Shown here in pieces: positions 46,714 through 56,331 of a stretch of DNA of 64,000 nt; the stretch's first letter is position 1; the number at the start of each line of letters is the position of its first letter. The notes beneath the pieces were generated by a model. That model made no database searches and was not told the origin of the DNA. It saw only the letters and a program-made list of their open reading frames with translations. The translations under genes were made by a program, and so were the position numbers. Location of the stretch: the sequence record PQ390715.1; one strand, written 5' to 3'.

Positions 46714-46724
46714 TATTTTCGTCC

Positions 46725-48929
46725 TTAACTGTTTCTCTCACCTTGAGTGTTTTCAGAGATAGTTCTTAGATAGTTATTTGTCTGTTGCACGGCAGATAGA
46801 GATTGCTCATTAACATCAGCAAGTTTTTTAAGTAACTCTTTCATGTCTTCTGATATTGTGGCATTATTATTAGCATTTGCCATACTACTACCACTATTTA
46901 TCATCGCTTTCATGGCCTCATAATCGTCCGGTTCAGCTTGAATTGGTGGTTCATTTGGACCCCATGCTGATTTATCAAAAGTTTTTGGAGTTATGGTAAC
47001 ATATGGTGCAACATGTTCAGATTTTTCGATTCTCGCAGTTGCTCTTGGCTTATTTTCAAGACCACTACTAATAAGTTTTTCAGCAACTGATTCATCAAGG
47101 GGTTTTGGTTGTTTAAAGTTTCTACTTGAATTCCATTTTAAAAAACCATCAAATGAACTAGAAATATAATCACCAAATGAATTCATTTTTTCTTCAAAAT
47201 AATTATTAACTTTTTCTGCACCATCGGTAACAGAATTGTTTTCTACTTTTACTTTGTCGTCTGATCCACCAAACCAACCTTTAACAGAATCCCAAAGTTT
47301 ACCAGGAAGATCCATTAGGTTATTCATAAAGCTATCAAATGCTTCTGAAACTTTATTATATCCACTACCAAAAATTTCAGTACCTAACCCTTCTAACCAC
47401 TGCTCAAACTCACCACCAATCCTATCCAAATACGCAACTGCATCTTTCGCAATAGGAACCAAACCAAAACCATCAAGTGCTAACTCTCCGATAAATTCCC
47501 ATGCACCATCAGTACGGTCTGCAATATCAGTAAGGTAATCCGCAATAGAATTTTGTGTATCTGCATACATTTTATTAAATGGTTCAGTAAATTCTTTACT
47601 AATCCATCTATTGAATCTATCAGTGAATTGTGTTAGTTTATCTGCTGGTTGACTCTTAGGATCATTAATCGCAGCTTCCATATCAAGTAGTTGTTGGTTG
47701 AAGGTTGCTGCCGTAGTGTTTCCTAATTGTATCTGATTTAATAAATCTTGCTTTATTAGTTCTTTGTTCTTTTTAACAAATTCCAATTGTTGACGGCGAA
47801 TTTCTTGTGAATCAGTAACACCACTACGTACCAAGTTCTCACCTAAATCAGCAAATTGGTTCAGTACTGGAGTCAATAAATCATCTGGTACTCCACCAAT
47901 AGTTAAACGATGTGAAATTAAACGTAGAAAATCTGCACCAGCATCACCCATACTGGCAGCAGCTTCGTTAAATGCTTTTGATGTTGCAACTGCTGCTTTA
48001 CTAGATAATCCAGAATAGTTTTGTAATGCGATTTGCATTGAACGTGTGTCTAATGATTTATCTAAGTTTTGTGTTTTATTTAATAGTGCATCAACTGACT
48101 CACCCATACTTTTACTGAACTTAGTCATACTCATGATAAACTGTTCAGTACTTTTTGCTTGATCCATACTACGTAACATTTCTCTTCCACCAAATTGCTT
48201 TTGGAATTTAATATTACGTGCAGTTAAATCAGTTAATGTTTTTTGAGAAACACCATATAAACCTAATTGATTTTGTGCTTGTTGCACAGTACCCAATAAT
48301 TTACCAAATGTAGAAACACCATCACCATATGCACCATCTAATTGTGCAACAACGGCACTATGAGTTTGTAATGCTTCACCAAATGCATCAATACTCATCA
48401 TTGATGCACCAGCACCTTTTAATATGGAGCCGTAACCTTCAGATAGAGCGACACCAGCACTGTTTATTCTATTATAAACTTCAAGCTGTGCATTTAACAC
48501 ATTATAAACTGCTAAACCAGCGTCAGCAACCAATTTGAATGCAGATGCTGCTGCACCAACTGGACCTGGGATCATTGCTAATGAACCAGCAAATGAAGAT
48601 GCACTCATTCCTAGTGAGTTTACAACATTGCTAACGTTTGCAGACGTACTCATCATAGTTTTGCCGACATTCGATACTTCAGATGATAATGATTTGAATA
48701 TTTTTCCAAATTCTTTACCATCATCAGCTTTGTTATTTGTTCGAGAGCCACGGTTTCCAGTACTTGATGAATTACTTCCATTACGTTTTCCACTTTTAGA
48801 ACCGGATTTCTTTCTATCATTTTTTATATTTTCAGCCAATAACTCACGAATAGCACTCAAACTATCGTTGTTATCTTTAGTTTGATTAACCAACTGCTGG
48901 AGTAGGTAATCACTTGTATTTCCAGCCAT
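46725..48929 (-). CDS. Probable tail tape measure protein
   Basis: 734 aa, Ala/Ser/Gly-rich helical; divergent from baseplate hub genes. Confidence 0.55.
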   Translation of the reverse strand: MAGNTSDYLLQQLVNQTKDNNDSLSAIRELLAENIKNDRKKSGSKSGKRNGSNSSSTGNRGSRTNNKADDGKEFGKIFKSLSSEVSNVGKTMMSTSANVSNVVNSLGMSASSFAGSLAMIPGPVGAAASAFKLVADAGLAVYNVLNAQLEVYNRINSAGVALSEGYGSILKGAGASMMSIDAFGEALQTHSAVVAQLDGAYGDGVSTFGKLLGTVQQAQNQLGLYGVSQKTLTDLTARNIKFQKQFGGREMLRSMDQAKSTEQFIMSMTKFSKSMGESVDALLNKTQNLDKSLDTRSMQIALQNYSGLSSKAAVATSKAFNEAAASMGDAGADFLRLISHRLTIGGVPDDLLTPVLNQFADLGENLVRSGVTDSQEIRRQQLEFVKKNKELIKQDLLNQIQLGNTTAATFNQQLLDMEAAINDPKSQPADKLTQFTDRFNRWISKEFTEPFNKMYADTQNSIADYLTDIADRTDGAWEFIGELALDGFGLVPIAKDAVAYLDRIGGEFEQWLEGLGTEIFGSGYNKVSEAFDSFMNNLMDLPGKLWDSVKGWFGGSDDKVKVENNSVTDGAEKVNNYFEEKMNSFGDYISSSFDGFLKWNSSRNFKQPKPLDESVAEKLISSGLENKPRATARIEKSEHVAPYVTITPKTFDKSAWGPNEPPIQAEPDDYEAMKAMINSGSSMANANNNATISEDMKELLKKLADVNEQSLSAVQQTNNYLRTISENTQGERNS

Positions 48930-49059
48930 AACATTCCCTTTTAATAGATGTATTATAGAAATATTTATGAAACTATAGAGAATATAAAAATTAGTTTAAT
49001 TTAATCTTTTTTAGTCTTATAAATACTAAAACACATTTATTACATGGAGATTTAATAAA

Positions 49060-49896
49060 ATGGCTATGAATCCACTTGCTAAGTACACTAAAATTGAAGA
49101 GATCAGTACTAAGTTAGTTACAAACGGCGTTATTCCTTATAAAGAAGGAGTTCTAGGTCCAAAAGGTGTCAAATGTGGAGTTTGTGCACGTAGTGCACGT
49201 GATGAAATGACACTTAATACCCCCGATATGTTACTAAACGGAGATGCAGTATCCCGTGTTATTGAAAACTGTGTTCCTAATGTAATTGACGCTGATGAGT
49301 TGTATGTAAATGACGTTGAAATGCTTCTTATTGCTATTAAAGTTGCTTCTAAAGAAGAAACATATGATATTAACGTTGTATGTCCTGAATGTGAAAAAGA
49401 AGGTCGATTTGAACGTAATCTATCATATCTTCTTGAAACTGCACAAGCATTTGAAGAAATCCCATCAATTGATTTAGATAATGGACTCCGTTTAGAATTT
49501 AGACCACTGACATGGAAAGAATATTCATCGTTTGCTGAACGCATGTTCAGTGAGCAGCAGAAGACTAAGTTTCTTGAAACTGCTGATATTGATAAAGATG
49601 AAAAAGTAAAAATATTTTCTGAAGTATTTGAAAACATGGCTCAACTTAACTTCGATATGATTGGTGGAGTTATTGCAAAAATTATAACACCAGATGGTGA
49701 TGAAGTAGTTGAAAAAGAATTTATTAATGAATGGCTTGGACAACAATCGAAGGGAGTACTTAAACTAATTCGTGAAAAAATGGATGAAGTACTTGAAATT
49801 GGTGTATCTCATAGTATGGAAGTAGAATGTGATGGATGTAATCATCAATGGGAAATTGATGGACTAAAATATGATCCTAGTCATTTTTTCGAGTAA
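49060..49896 (+). CDS. Baseplate hub assembly protein (gp26-like)
   Basis: NPLAKY, LLNGDA..VIENCVP, D...LLIAIKVAS, CPEC and CDGC. Confidence 0.75.
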   Translation: MAMNPLAKYTKIEEISTKLVTNGVIPYKEGVLGPKGVKCGVCARSARDEMTLNTPDMLLNGDAVSRVIENCVPNVIDADELYVNDVEMLLIAIKVASKEETYDINVVCPECEKEGRFERNLSYLLETAQAFEEIPSIDLDNGLRLEFRPLTWKEYSSFAERMFSEQQKTKFLETADIDKDEKVKIFSEVFENMAQLNFDMIGGVIAKIITPDGDEVVEKEFINEWLGQQSKGVLKLIREKMDEVLEIGVSHSMEVECDGCNHQWEIDGLKYDPSHFFE

Positions 49897-50105
49897 TGCT
49901 TCTCCAGTCATCTCCTGAAGAAATACAAGAAGTACTGAAGGAGATAGAACTGAATAAGTCAGAAATCAAAAATGCACTAATGGAATGTTCTGTATATATG
50001 GATAACATTGACTATGGAACACTCCTTAATATGCCATTAATAGATAGAGACTTATTAGTTAAGTCTTTTAATAAAAAAATTAAAAAACAAAACGAGAAGC
50101 ACTAA
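49896..50105 (+). CDS. Small baseplate hub assembly / tape-measure chaperone-like protein (gp51-like)
   Basis: IDYGTLLNMPLIDRDLL; coupled to the gp26-like gene. Confidence 0.55.
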   Translation: MLLQSSPEEIQEVLKEIELNKSEIKNALMECSVYMDNIDYGTLLNMPLIDRDLLVKSFNKKIKKQNEKH

Positions 50106-50115
50106 TTTTCATATA

Positions 50116-50145
50116 GCCAGCACATTGTTGCTGGTTTTTTTTTTT
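50116..50145 (+). terminator. Intrinsic terminator
   Basis: CCAGCA-N6-TGCTGG followed by 11 T. Confidence 0.85.
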
Positions 50146-50309
50146 GGTTTTAAACTACAGAATTATTTGAATTGAATTATGAAAGGATTAATTTTAATAT
50201 TATTGGATTCATCTAACTCATTTCATTCGTTAGCTGAAGAATATTCGTTACTACGTAACTCATATTCATTTAATTAAATTAATTATAAAGAACTTTAAAA
50301 GATTTAATA

Positions 50310-50818
50310 CTTGACGGGATTTGTTGAGGACATTTTCATCCCCCCGCAGGGGAATGAAGACAATAAAAAAGAGACAATGAAGTCTCTATTTCTTGACGCT
50401 GATGGTTTCAGCATTTATTGTATTGCGAATTTCTTAAAAATATATTAAGAACGAAAGCGGGTTGCTCTGTTTCTCTCTATCGCAGTCATGTGCAACGGTC
50501 GTCAGTCTTAATCATCCTGACACTCACCTGAAAGTCTATACAATCAAACTTCAGGCTGTTTATTAAAATCACTTAATAAACTCCCTTAGCAAATCTGGTA
50601 AGGTGCGATCCTTATATGTCTATCTAGGAACTCTCTGTATGCTTATCGGAGTTCTTTATTGAGCCGCATTGCCGTGAGGGGTTCAAACTATGCCCACATC
50701 TAACGGGTTTCTTTTGCTCATCGCACTGTTGAACTGCTCATCTGCCATCTACATTTTCGATAGGATCAGGTTCTAATTTATATGCATTTCTGCATTCAAC
50801 AGGATTGTCATTACTACA
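50310..50818 (-). ncRNA. Candidate large structured non-coding RNA (about 450-510 nt)
   Basis: Conserved promoter upstream, no ORF of 60 aa or more, more than ten helices whose G-U pairs and GNRA loops favour the minus strand, terminator-like stem plus U6 at 50365-50387. Confidence 0.7.
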
Positions 50819-50824
50819 ACAAAC

Positions 50825-50853
50825 ATTATAGCACAAACTTTAAAGTTGTCTCA
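50825..50853 (-). promoter_or_regulatory. Phage promoter TGAGACA-N16-TATAAT pointing into the ORF-free region
   Basis: Exact motif copy. Confidence 0.85.
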
Positions 50854-50944
50854 CTATTTTTATAAAAATATTCATTAAGTACTTAAAATATTGCAAATAA
50901 CTAATCTATAAATATTTTGATAACAAATAGTTTGGTGAGGAATT

Positions 50945-51436
50945 ATGAAAAAAAGATTAAAAGATAGTAAGGATGCTGCAAACTATCGAAACGAATTGCT
51001 AAAGAAACAAAATGGAATAGATCCTATAATTAAAGAACCAATAACTAAACCAGTACTAGATCACTACCACTATGGTAACCAACATTGTAGACAAGTTCTT
51101 CAAAATGAAGTCAATGCTTGGGAAGGAAAGGTACAAAACAGCTTCAATCGATATATGAAGCACTTAACTGATAAACCATTATATGAGGTACTCAGAAATC
51201 TTGCTGATTACTTAGAGCGTAATAACAGCATTCCTGACGATGAACAAGTTATACATCACACTGCACTAACTGTGGATGTTAATAAGTTTAAAAGGCTTCC
51301 AGCAACACAGCAAAACGCGATTCTGGAAGGGTTAGGAGTTGTCCCTGGTAGTAACACTACTGCTCGTGTAAAGCAAGCTAGAAAGCTGATTAAGGACGGT
51401 AAATTAAATATGGTTGATATAAAAAAAGGGAGCTAA
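50945..51436 (+). CDS. Recombination endonuclease VII-like (T4 gp49) lacking zinc cysteines
   Basis: QNG..., VLDHYH, NAWEGKV, LRNLADYL, IHH align to gp49; the four Cys are replaced. Confidence 0.8.
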   Translation: MKKRLKDSKDAANYRNELLKKQNGIDPIIKEPITKPVLDHYHYGNQHCRQVLQNEVNAWEGKVQNSFNRYMKHLTDKPLYEVLRNLADYLERNNSIPDDEQVIHHTALTVDVNKFKRLPATQQNAILEGLGVVPGSNTTARVKQARKLIKDGKLNMVDIKKGS

Positions 51437-51446
51437 GGCTCCCTTT
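51421..51446. terminator. Bidirectional terminator
   Basis: AAAGGGAGC-taag-GCTCCCTTT between convergent genes. Confidence 0.8.
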
Positions 51447-51454
51447 ATCTTTAA

Positions 51455-53602
51455 TTAGAAAACATCGTCAAGGGTTGCATATTCAACAGTACTGAAACCG
51501 TCCTCTTTAACAACTTTGAGGATTTTTTCAGTCTTAGATAGTAACTCTTCTCTGTGGGAAATAGCATAAACGTTCTTACCACGTACAGCAGCCATATCTT
51601 GGAAGATAGACCACACACGTAGAACACCACTTGAGTCAAGACCTTGGTCAATCATCTCATCAATGATAAGAATATTAATACTTTGGTATAATGACTCATA
51701 TGTATCACGGAAAGCACAAGATAATGCGATGTTTACCCTTGTACGCTCACCTCTACTAAGCTGTTTATAGTCAAAGTACTGTCCACTCTTCTCAATTTCA
51801 ACACTCAAATCATTCAAAAACACAACATTATGCTCAGAACCGCACATATCGATATAGTACTGAAGTCGTGTATTCAAATATGAGATATTTTGCTCAATAA
51901 TACGTTTACGGACATAAGAATCCTTGTTTAAAAGTAATTTAACCAAGAAATCTTGGTGATTTGACATTTTATCAAGATTATTATAGTCGCTATAATCGAT
52001 TGGTACTAAAGAATCAGTCTTCAGGGTATTAATTTGGCTAATAAATGTGTTAGTAGTCTTCAATTCACGATCTAATTGCTGTGATAATGAATTTACAGTC
52101 ATTTCTAACTCTTTAACTTCATATTTGTTTAATGTATCTGGAACTTCCATTAGTTCATATGAGTTAAGTTCATCATATGATGACATAAGTTCATTTGCAT
52201 AGATGTTTATTTGTTCTTCTTCACTCTTTCTGACCAATTCTTGAAGCTTATGTTCATGCATTTGTGCTTCTGAAAGTGTATTATAATATGTCACGGGCTT
52301 AGGTGGCATATCAAAAATCTCAATACTATCAATTTCTTGAAGTAATGTTTCAATTTCAGAAGAAGAACTATCAATTTTAGCTTGAAGATCATTAATAGTA
52401 CTTTGGATTTTGTCTTTAATTGAAGAAGTATGTTCGTTATGTTCTAATTCAGACATACAAAGTGGACATTTGCTGTTTTCAACTGTTGATAATTTGTCAA
52501 TTTCAGCATTAATTGAACATTCATATCCTTTTAAAGCTATTTTTAGTGAGTTTAGTTTTTGTTCTTTGAAACGTTTTTGGTTATTATTCTCTTTTAGAAT
52601 ACCCTCTAACTGTTTCCATATCTCCAACTCATTATGATTTTCCAATTCTGCACTAATATCAATAGTTTTTAGCTTATCAATGCTTAGATTTAATGCTCTT
52701 TTAGATCTTTCAAGTTCACGGTCATATGCATCAAATTTTAAAGCCAACTCTTGTACACGGCGTTCGATTTCCCCACGCTTTGCGTTATGAATAAGAGCTT
52801 TCTCTTTTATATCAGCAGCTTCATAGAGGTCATTAAAGTCTAAAGTTTTATATATATTCAACTCTTCATTTAACTTAGATACTCTATTATTTTTATCAAT
52901 TTCAAACTGGTTTGCCTGTTCTTGTAGTGTCTCAATACTTTTTTGAATACGTTCATTACTTGCAGCTACAGTTTCATTTTTGAACTTTTCTTGTTCGGCT
53001 AAACGTTTAGTATCCTTATACATCTCCTTTAGCATTTCAGCTTTTTCCGTCAACTGTGTTATTCCAAGAAGTTCTTCTATCATATCACGTTGTTTTTGTG
53101 TGGATAAAGCTAAGAAAGGTTCAACGTTAGCATTCAGTACTACAATATGTTCAAATAATAATTGAGATATACCAAGAATTTCATTCAAATCTTCTTGTGT
53201 GTCTTTCTTTTCTCCCCTTGATTCATCTTCAATTTTATTATCTTTACCTAAAGTAACAAAATTGAAATACGTGGGACTTCTCCCACGTTCAACCAGATAT
53301 TGTACACCATCTTTTTCAAACTCTACAACTACTTCACAATTTTTGCCATTAGTTTTATTGACTAGGTTCGGAATTTTAATATCATTACCAATACTTTTAC
53401 CAAATAATCCAAAAACTAATCCTTGAATAATAGCACTTTTCCCTACACCATTTCGACGTCCGGTACTGTCACCACCTTCAATAACTGCATCATTATTTTG
53501 ACCCAGTACTAATGAAATGTCGGAACCATTCAAATCAATTGATTGTGGTGCATTACCAAATGAAAAGAAGTTCCTCATAGATATACGTGTAATGTTTAGC
53601 AT
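51455..53602 (-). CDS. SbcC/Rad50-like recombination ATPase (T4 gp46)
   Basis: NFFSFG, NGVGKS, coiled coil with CPLC hook, LSRGE, IIDE. Confidence 0.95.
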   Translation of the reverse strand: MLNITRISMRNFFSFGNAPQSIDLNGSDISLVLGQNNDAVIEGGDSTGRRNGVGKSAIIQGLVFGLFGKSIGNDIKIPNLVNKTNGKNCEVVVEFEKDGVQYLVERGRSPTYFNFVTLGKDNKIEDESRGEKKDTQEDLNEILGISQLLFEHIVVLNANVEPFLALSTQKQRDMIEELLGITQLTEKAEMLKEMYKDTKRLAEQEKFKNETVAASNERIQKSIETLQEQANQFEIDKNNRVSKLNEELNIYKTLDFNDLYEAADIKEKALIHNAKRGEIERRVQELALKFDAYDRELERSKRALNLSIDKLKTIDISAELENHNELEIWKQLEGILKENNNQKRFKEQKLNSLKIALKGYECSINAEIDKLSTVENSKCPLCMSELEHNEHTSSIKDKIQSTINDLQAKIDSSSSEIETLLQEIDSIEIFDMPPKPVTYYNTLSEAQMHEHKLQELVRKSEEEQINIYANELMSSYDELNSYELMEVPDTLNKYEVKELEMTVNSLSQQLDRELKTTNTFISQINTLKTDSLVPIDYSDYNNLDKMSNHQDFLVKLLLNKDSYVRKRIIEQNISYLNTRLQYYIDMCGSEHNVVFLNDLSVEIEKSGQYFDYKQLSRGERTRVNIALSCAFRDTYESLYQSINILIIDEMIDQGLDSSGVLRVWSIFQDMAAVRGKNVYAISHREELLSKTEKILKVVKEDGFSTVEYATLDDVF

Positions 53603-53610
53603 ATAGTCCC

Positions 53611-54660
53611 TTATAACGATCTGTAAATTTGGATTAGAAGATTTTTATCAAACATTGGTGAATCAATTTCCATAATTTGCTGTAAAACTATCTCATCAAC
53701 TGATTCAGTACTTTCAAAACTAACACCATCTTCGATTAATTCTGAAATACTTTGCTTGCTAGTTACAACATTAAACTCCCTAATGTTATAAAGTTTAGTA
53801 AATGTATCACGAATAAAACTAATCTCATCAGTTGTTATTGATATATCAACTTGAACTTTTGATATTGTGTTATCTTGTAGATAATAGCTTGGATCAGTCA
53901 ACAATTCAGAAAGTGTGAATGTTCTATATTTTGGTGCATTATCCCATGACTTGAAAATAGGTTCTTTACCATGTTCAAGAATCATCACACCTCTTGCATC
54001 ATCCCATGTATCGGAAAAATTATGTGGAAAACAATTACCAGTATAAACTACACGAGTTCCTTTTGAAGTTGTTTTTGACTGCCTTTTATGAAAATGCCCA
54101 CTAAAAACATACTCACAACCACCAAAAGAACCTTCTGTTTCTTTTCCATGATCAGGCATTTCTACCATCTTGTTAAGCAAGTAACCTGGTAACTCTAAGT
54201 GACCAAAAACATACTTACTTTTTAGTTGAGGTAACAACTTATATTCATCTTCAATCATAAATGGAATGAAAGTACAATCATCAAATGTTGTAATTTCATT
54301 AATGAATTCTATATTTTCATAAACTTGAGCCATATTGATACTTGTTATATCACGTTTGTTTTTATGATACATATCATGGTTGCCTACTAAAAAATATACT
54401 TTTTCAAAATTATCATTTAATAATTGAAGAATTTGTAAACCATAGTTTAGTGTTTGGATATTGATATTACTTCTATTATGAAAATAATCTCCCATAAAAA
54501 CACAAACTTTGATATTATTTTTTTTAGCTACCTCAATCATGAATTTAATGAAGTTTAAACAATCTTCATTGTGTTGCTTGCTGTTATTTTTTAAACCTAA
54601 ATGAATATCAGTGAATGTAATTGCTTTATCAAACAGAGCCATCTTCATTTTTCCTTTCAA
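53611..54660 (-). CDS. SbcD/Mre11-like nuclease (T4 gp47)
   Basis: TDIHLG, GDYFH, GNHD, FGHLE, SGHFH. Confidence 0.95.
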   Translation of the reverse strand: MKGKMKMALFDKAITFTDIHLGLKNNSKQHNEDCLNFIKFMIEVAKKNNIKVCVFMGDYFHNRSNINIQTLNYGLQILQLLNDNFEKVYFLVGNHDMYHKNKRDITSINMAQVYENIEFINEITTFDDCTFIPFMIEDEYKLLPQLKSKYVFGHLELPGYLLNKMVEMPDHGKETEGSFGGCEYVFSGHFHKRQSKTTSKGTRVVYTGNCFPHNFSDTWDDARGVMILEHGKEPIFKSWDNAPKYRTFTLSELLTDPSYYLQDNTISKVQVDISITTDEISFIRDTFTKLYNIREFNVVTSKQSISELIEDGVSFESTESVDEIVLQQIMEIDSPMFDKNLLIQIYRSL

Positions 54661-55468
54661 TCATGTTCAATTCAATTTCAATTTGACGTGTATGTGATGG
54701 CGTAAAGCCATGCATTTCAAGTAAATCATCACGTATATTTCGAACATTTTTCTCACTATTCAATATAGAACGAAAACTATTGTTTACGAATGATGTATAG
54801 TAAGAGAAAGGATTTAGCTGAACTGCTGGTTTATCTTTTTTATAAAGAATGCTCTCTTTAAAGAGAAGTGCGTTTTTAACTAATTGTATTCTTGCATCAC
54901 CCATCATTTCATCTAAGTATGTATAGTTTCTGTAATTAGATTTGTGTGAGATTTCCTCTGCAAGTTTAATGAACATCTTCCCAAGTTCATTTGTAATTTT
55001 ACCATGAACAGTACTGAATTCACCAGTTTCAAGGTCGCCTTTCCAGTGAGAACGACAAACTTCATAGAGAATACCTTCATTATCTACAATATAATGCTTG
55101 AATGGTTCAAAGTTAACTCTAGTATCTGGTGGAATATGTTCATCTGTAATAACACGAATAACAACTTCATCAATTGGAACGTCAGTGATAACTAAATTGT
55201 GTTCATCTGCATATTCTTTAGCTTTTTTAGCACTCATATTTTCCTTTTCACGAATACTATCAAGCATTTCATTGTTCAGTCGTTTAATTCGTGCTGCCTT
55301 AGCTTTTTCTAGTAACTCAGCAGTAATTTCTGACTCATGAAAAACAATATAATCATACATACTATATGATTTGTCTAATAACCAGCAATATGAAATTTTA
55401 CTTTTTTGTATTTCACGAAGTAAATCAGCATTATTGAGATACTTTTTACGCTTTGGTCTATTTGTCAT
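54629..55468 (-). CDS. Late-transcription sigma factor (T4 gp55-like)
   Basis: YLNNADLL.EI, SNYRNYTYLDEM, NPFSYYT..NSF. Confidence 0.85.
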   Translation of the reverse strand: MTNRPKRKKYLNNADLLREIQKSKISYCWLLDKSYSMYDYIVFHESEITAELLEKAKAARIKRLNNEMLDSIREKENMSAKKAKEYADEHNLVITDVPIDEVVIRVITDEHIPPDTRVNFEPFKHYIVDNEGILYEVCRSHWKGDLETGEFSTVHGKITNELGKMFIKLAEEISHKSNYRNYTYLDEMMGDARIQLVKNALLFKESILYKKDKPAVQLNPFSYYTSFVNNSFRSILNSEKNVRNIRDDLLEMHGFTPSHTRQIEIELNMIERKNEDGSV

Positions 55469-55525
55469 TGTATTTTACTCTCCATGTTTAAATCCAATAG
55501 GTACAATCCTTGTACCATCAATGTT

Positions 55526-55554
55526 ATTATAGCACCAAAAAGCAGTTTGTCCCA
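55526..55554 (-). promoter_or_regulatory. Phage promoter TGGGACA-N16-TATAAT for gp55-gp47-gp46
   Basis: Exact motif copy, back-to-back with a plus-strand TATAAATA. Confidence 0.85.
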
Positions 55555-55599
55555 CGTATAAATACATCAAATGTTCCCTTATTATGGAGAATCAAAAAG

Positions 55600-56331
55600 A
55601 TGATTGATCGTAGAATTCGATTACGACCTAAAGCCGCAGGTGCTAACTATGTATATGGTGATTTTGGAGATAGCTCCGAACCAACTCTACTTTCGTTTCT
55701 GCGTCCAACTAATGGGTTGGTTTGGACTGTAACACCAACAATTACTGAACAAAGGTCAATTCAGTATGAAACACAGTCCCCTATACATACTAACAGTAAC
55801 TATAACAACTATAAGAACACTACTAATACAGTTTTCACGATTCAGGGTGAATTTTATGCGAATACAGCAGCAGAAGCTATGTATGCGTTGGCATGTGTTC
55901 ATTTTATACGTTCTGTTTCGTTGATGGATTTTGGTAGACAAGCTGCTTCGGCTAATAACCCCGAACTCGCAATTGCAGGTGCACCACCACCAATCTTACT
56001 TCTAAGTGGATATGGTCGTTATACATATAATGATATTCCTGTTATTTTAAAATCTTATAATTTTACTTACCCAAATGATGTTTCTTATATTCAAGTTCCG
56101 TTGAATAGTAGCGATAGTACTTTTAATTTATCCGACATGGATAGTAGAAAATTCTTCGAACAACTTAGAAGTACTGGATATATGAACCCACAAGATGAAG
56201 TTTGGGTTCCACAAAAAATCTCAGTTATGTTACAACTTGAAGAACAACCAACATCGGATTATATGACTAAAACGTTCAACCTCAATGCATTCAAACGTGG
56301 TGAACTATTACGTAAAGGAGGATTCATTTAA
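55600..56331 (+). CDS. Baseplate / tail-tube initiator (gp48/gp54-like)
   Basis: TPTI, Y..THSN-like IHTNSNY, GAPPPILLLSGYG, IPVILKSYNFTYP; start re-assigned to MIDRR (GGAGA RBS). Confidence 0.7.
   Translation: MIDRRIRLRPKAAGANYVYGDFGDSSEPTLLSFLRPTNGLVWTVTPTITEQRSIQYETQSPIHTNSNYNNYKNTTNTVFTIQGEFYANTAAEAMYALACVHFIRSVSLMDFGRQAASANNPELAIAGAPPPILLLSGYGRYTYNDIPVILKSYNFTYPNDVSYIQVPLNSSDSTFNLSDMDSRKFFEQLRSTGYMNPQDEVWVPQKISVMLQLEEQPTSDYMTKTFNLNAFKRGELLRKGGFI

Noticed and set aside
50135-50145. T11 homopolymer as a phase-variation site
   Set aside because: It is the U tract of an intrinsic terminator in non-coding DNA.
50661-50684. GAGCCG...GGTTC on the plus strand resembles group II intron domain V
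   Set aside because: Too short, no domain VI or intron-encoded protein, no interrupted gene, and on the strand opposite to the promoter and the G-U evidence.
50310-50818. tmRNA, RNase P RNA or group I intron identity for the structured RNA
   Set aside because: No GGGG...CCA acceptor ends, no GAGGAAAGUCC core, no P7 GACU/AGUC pair, and not inside a gene.
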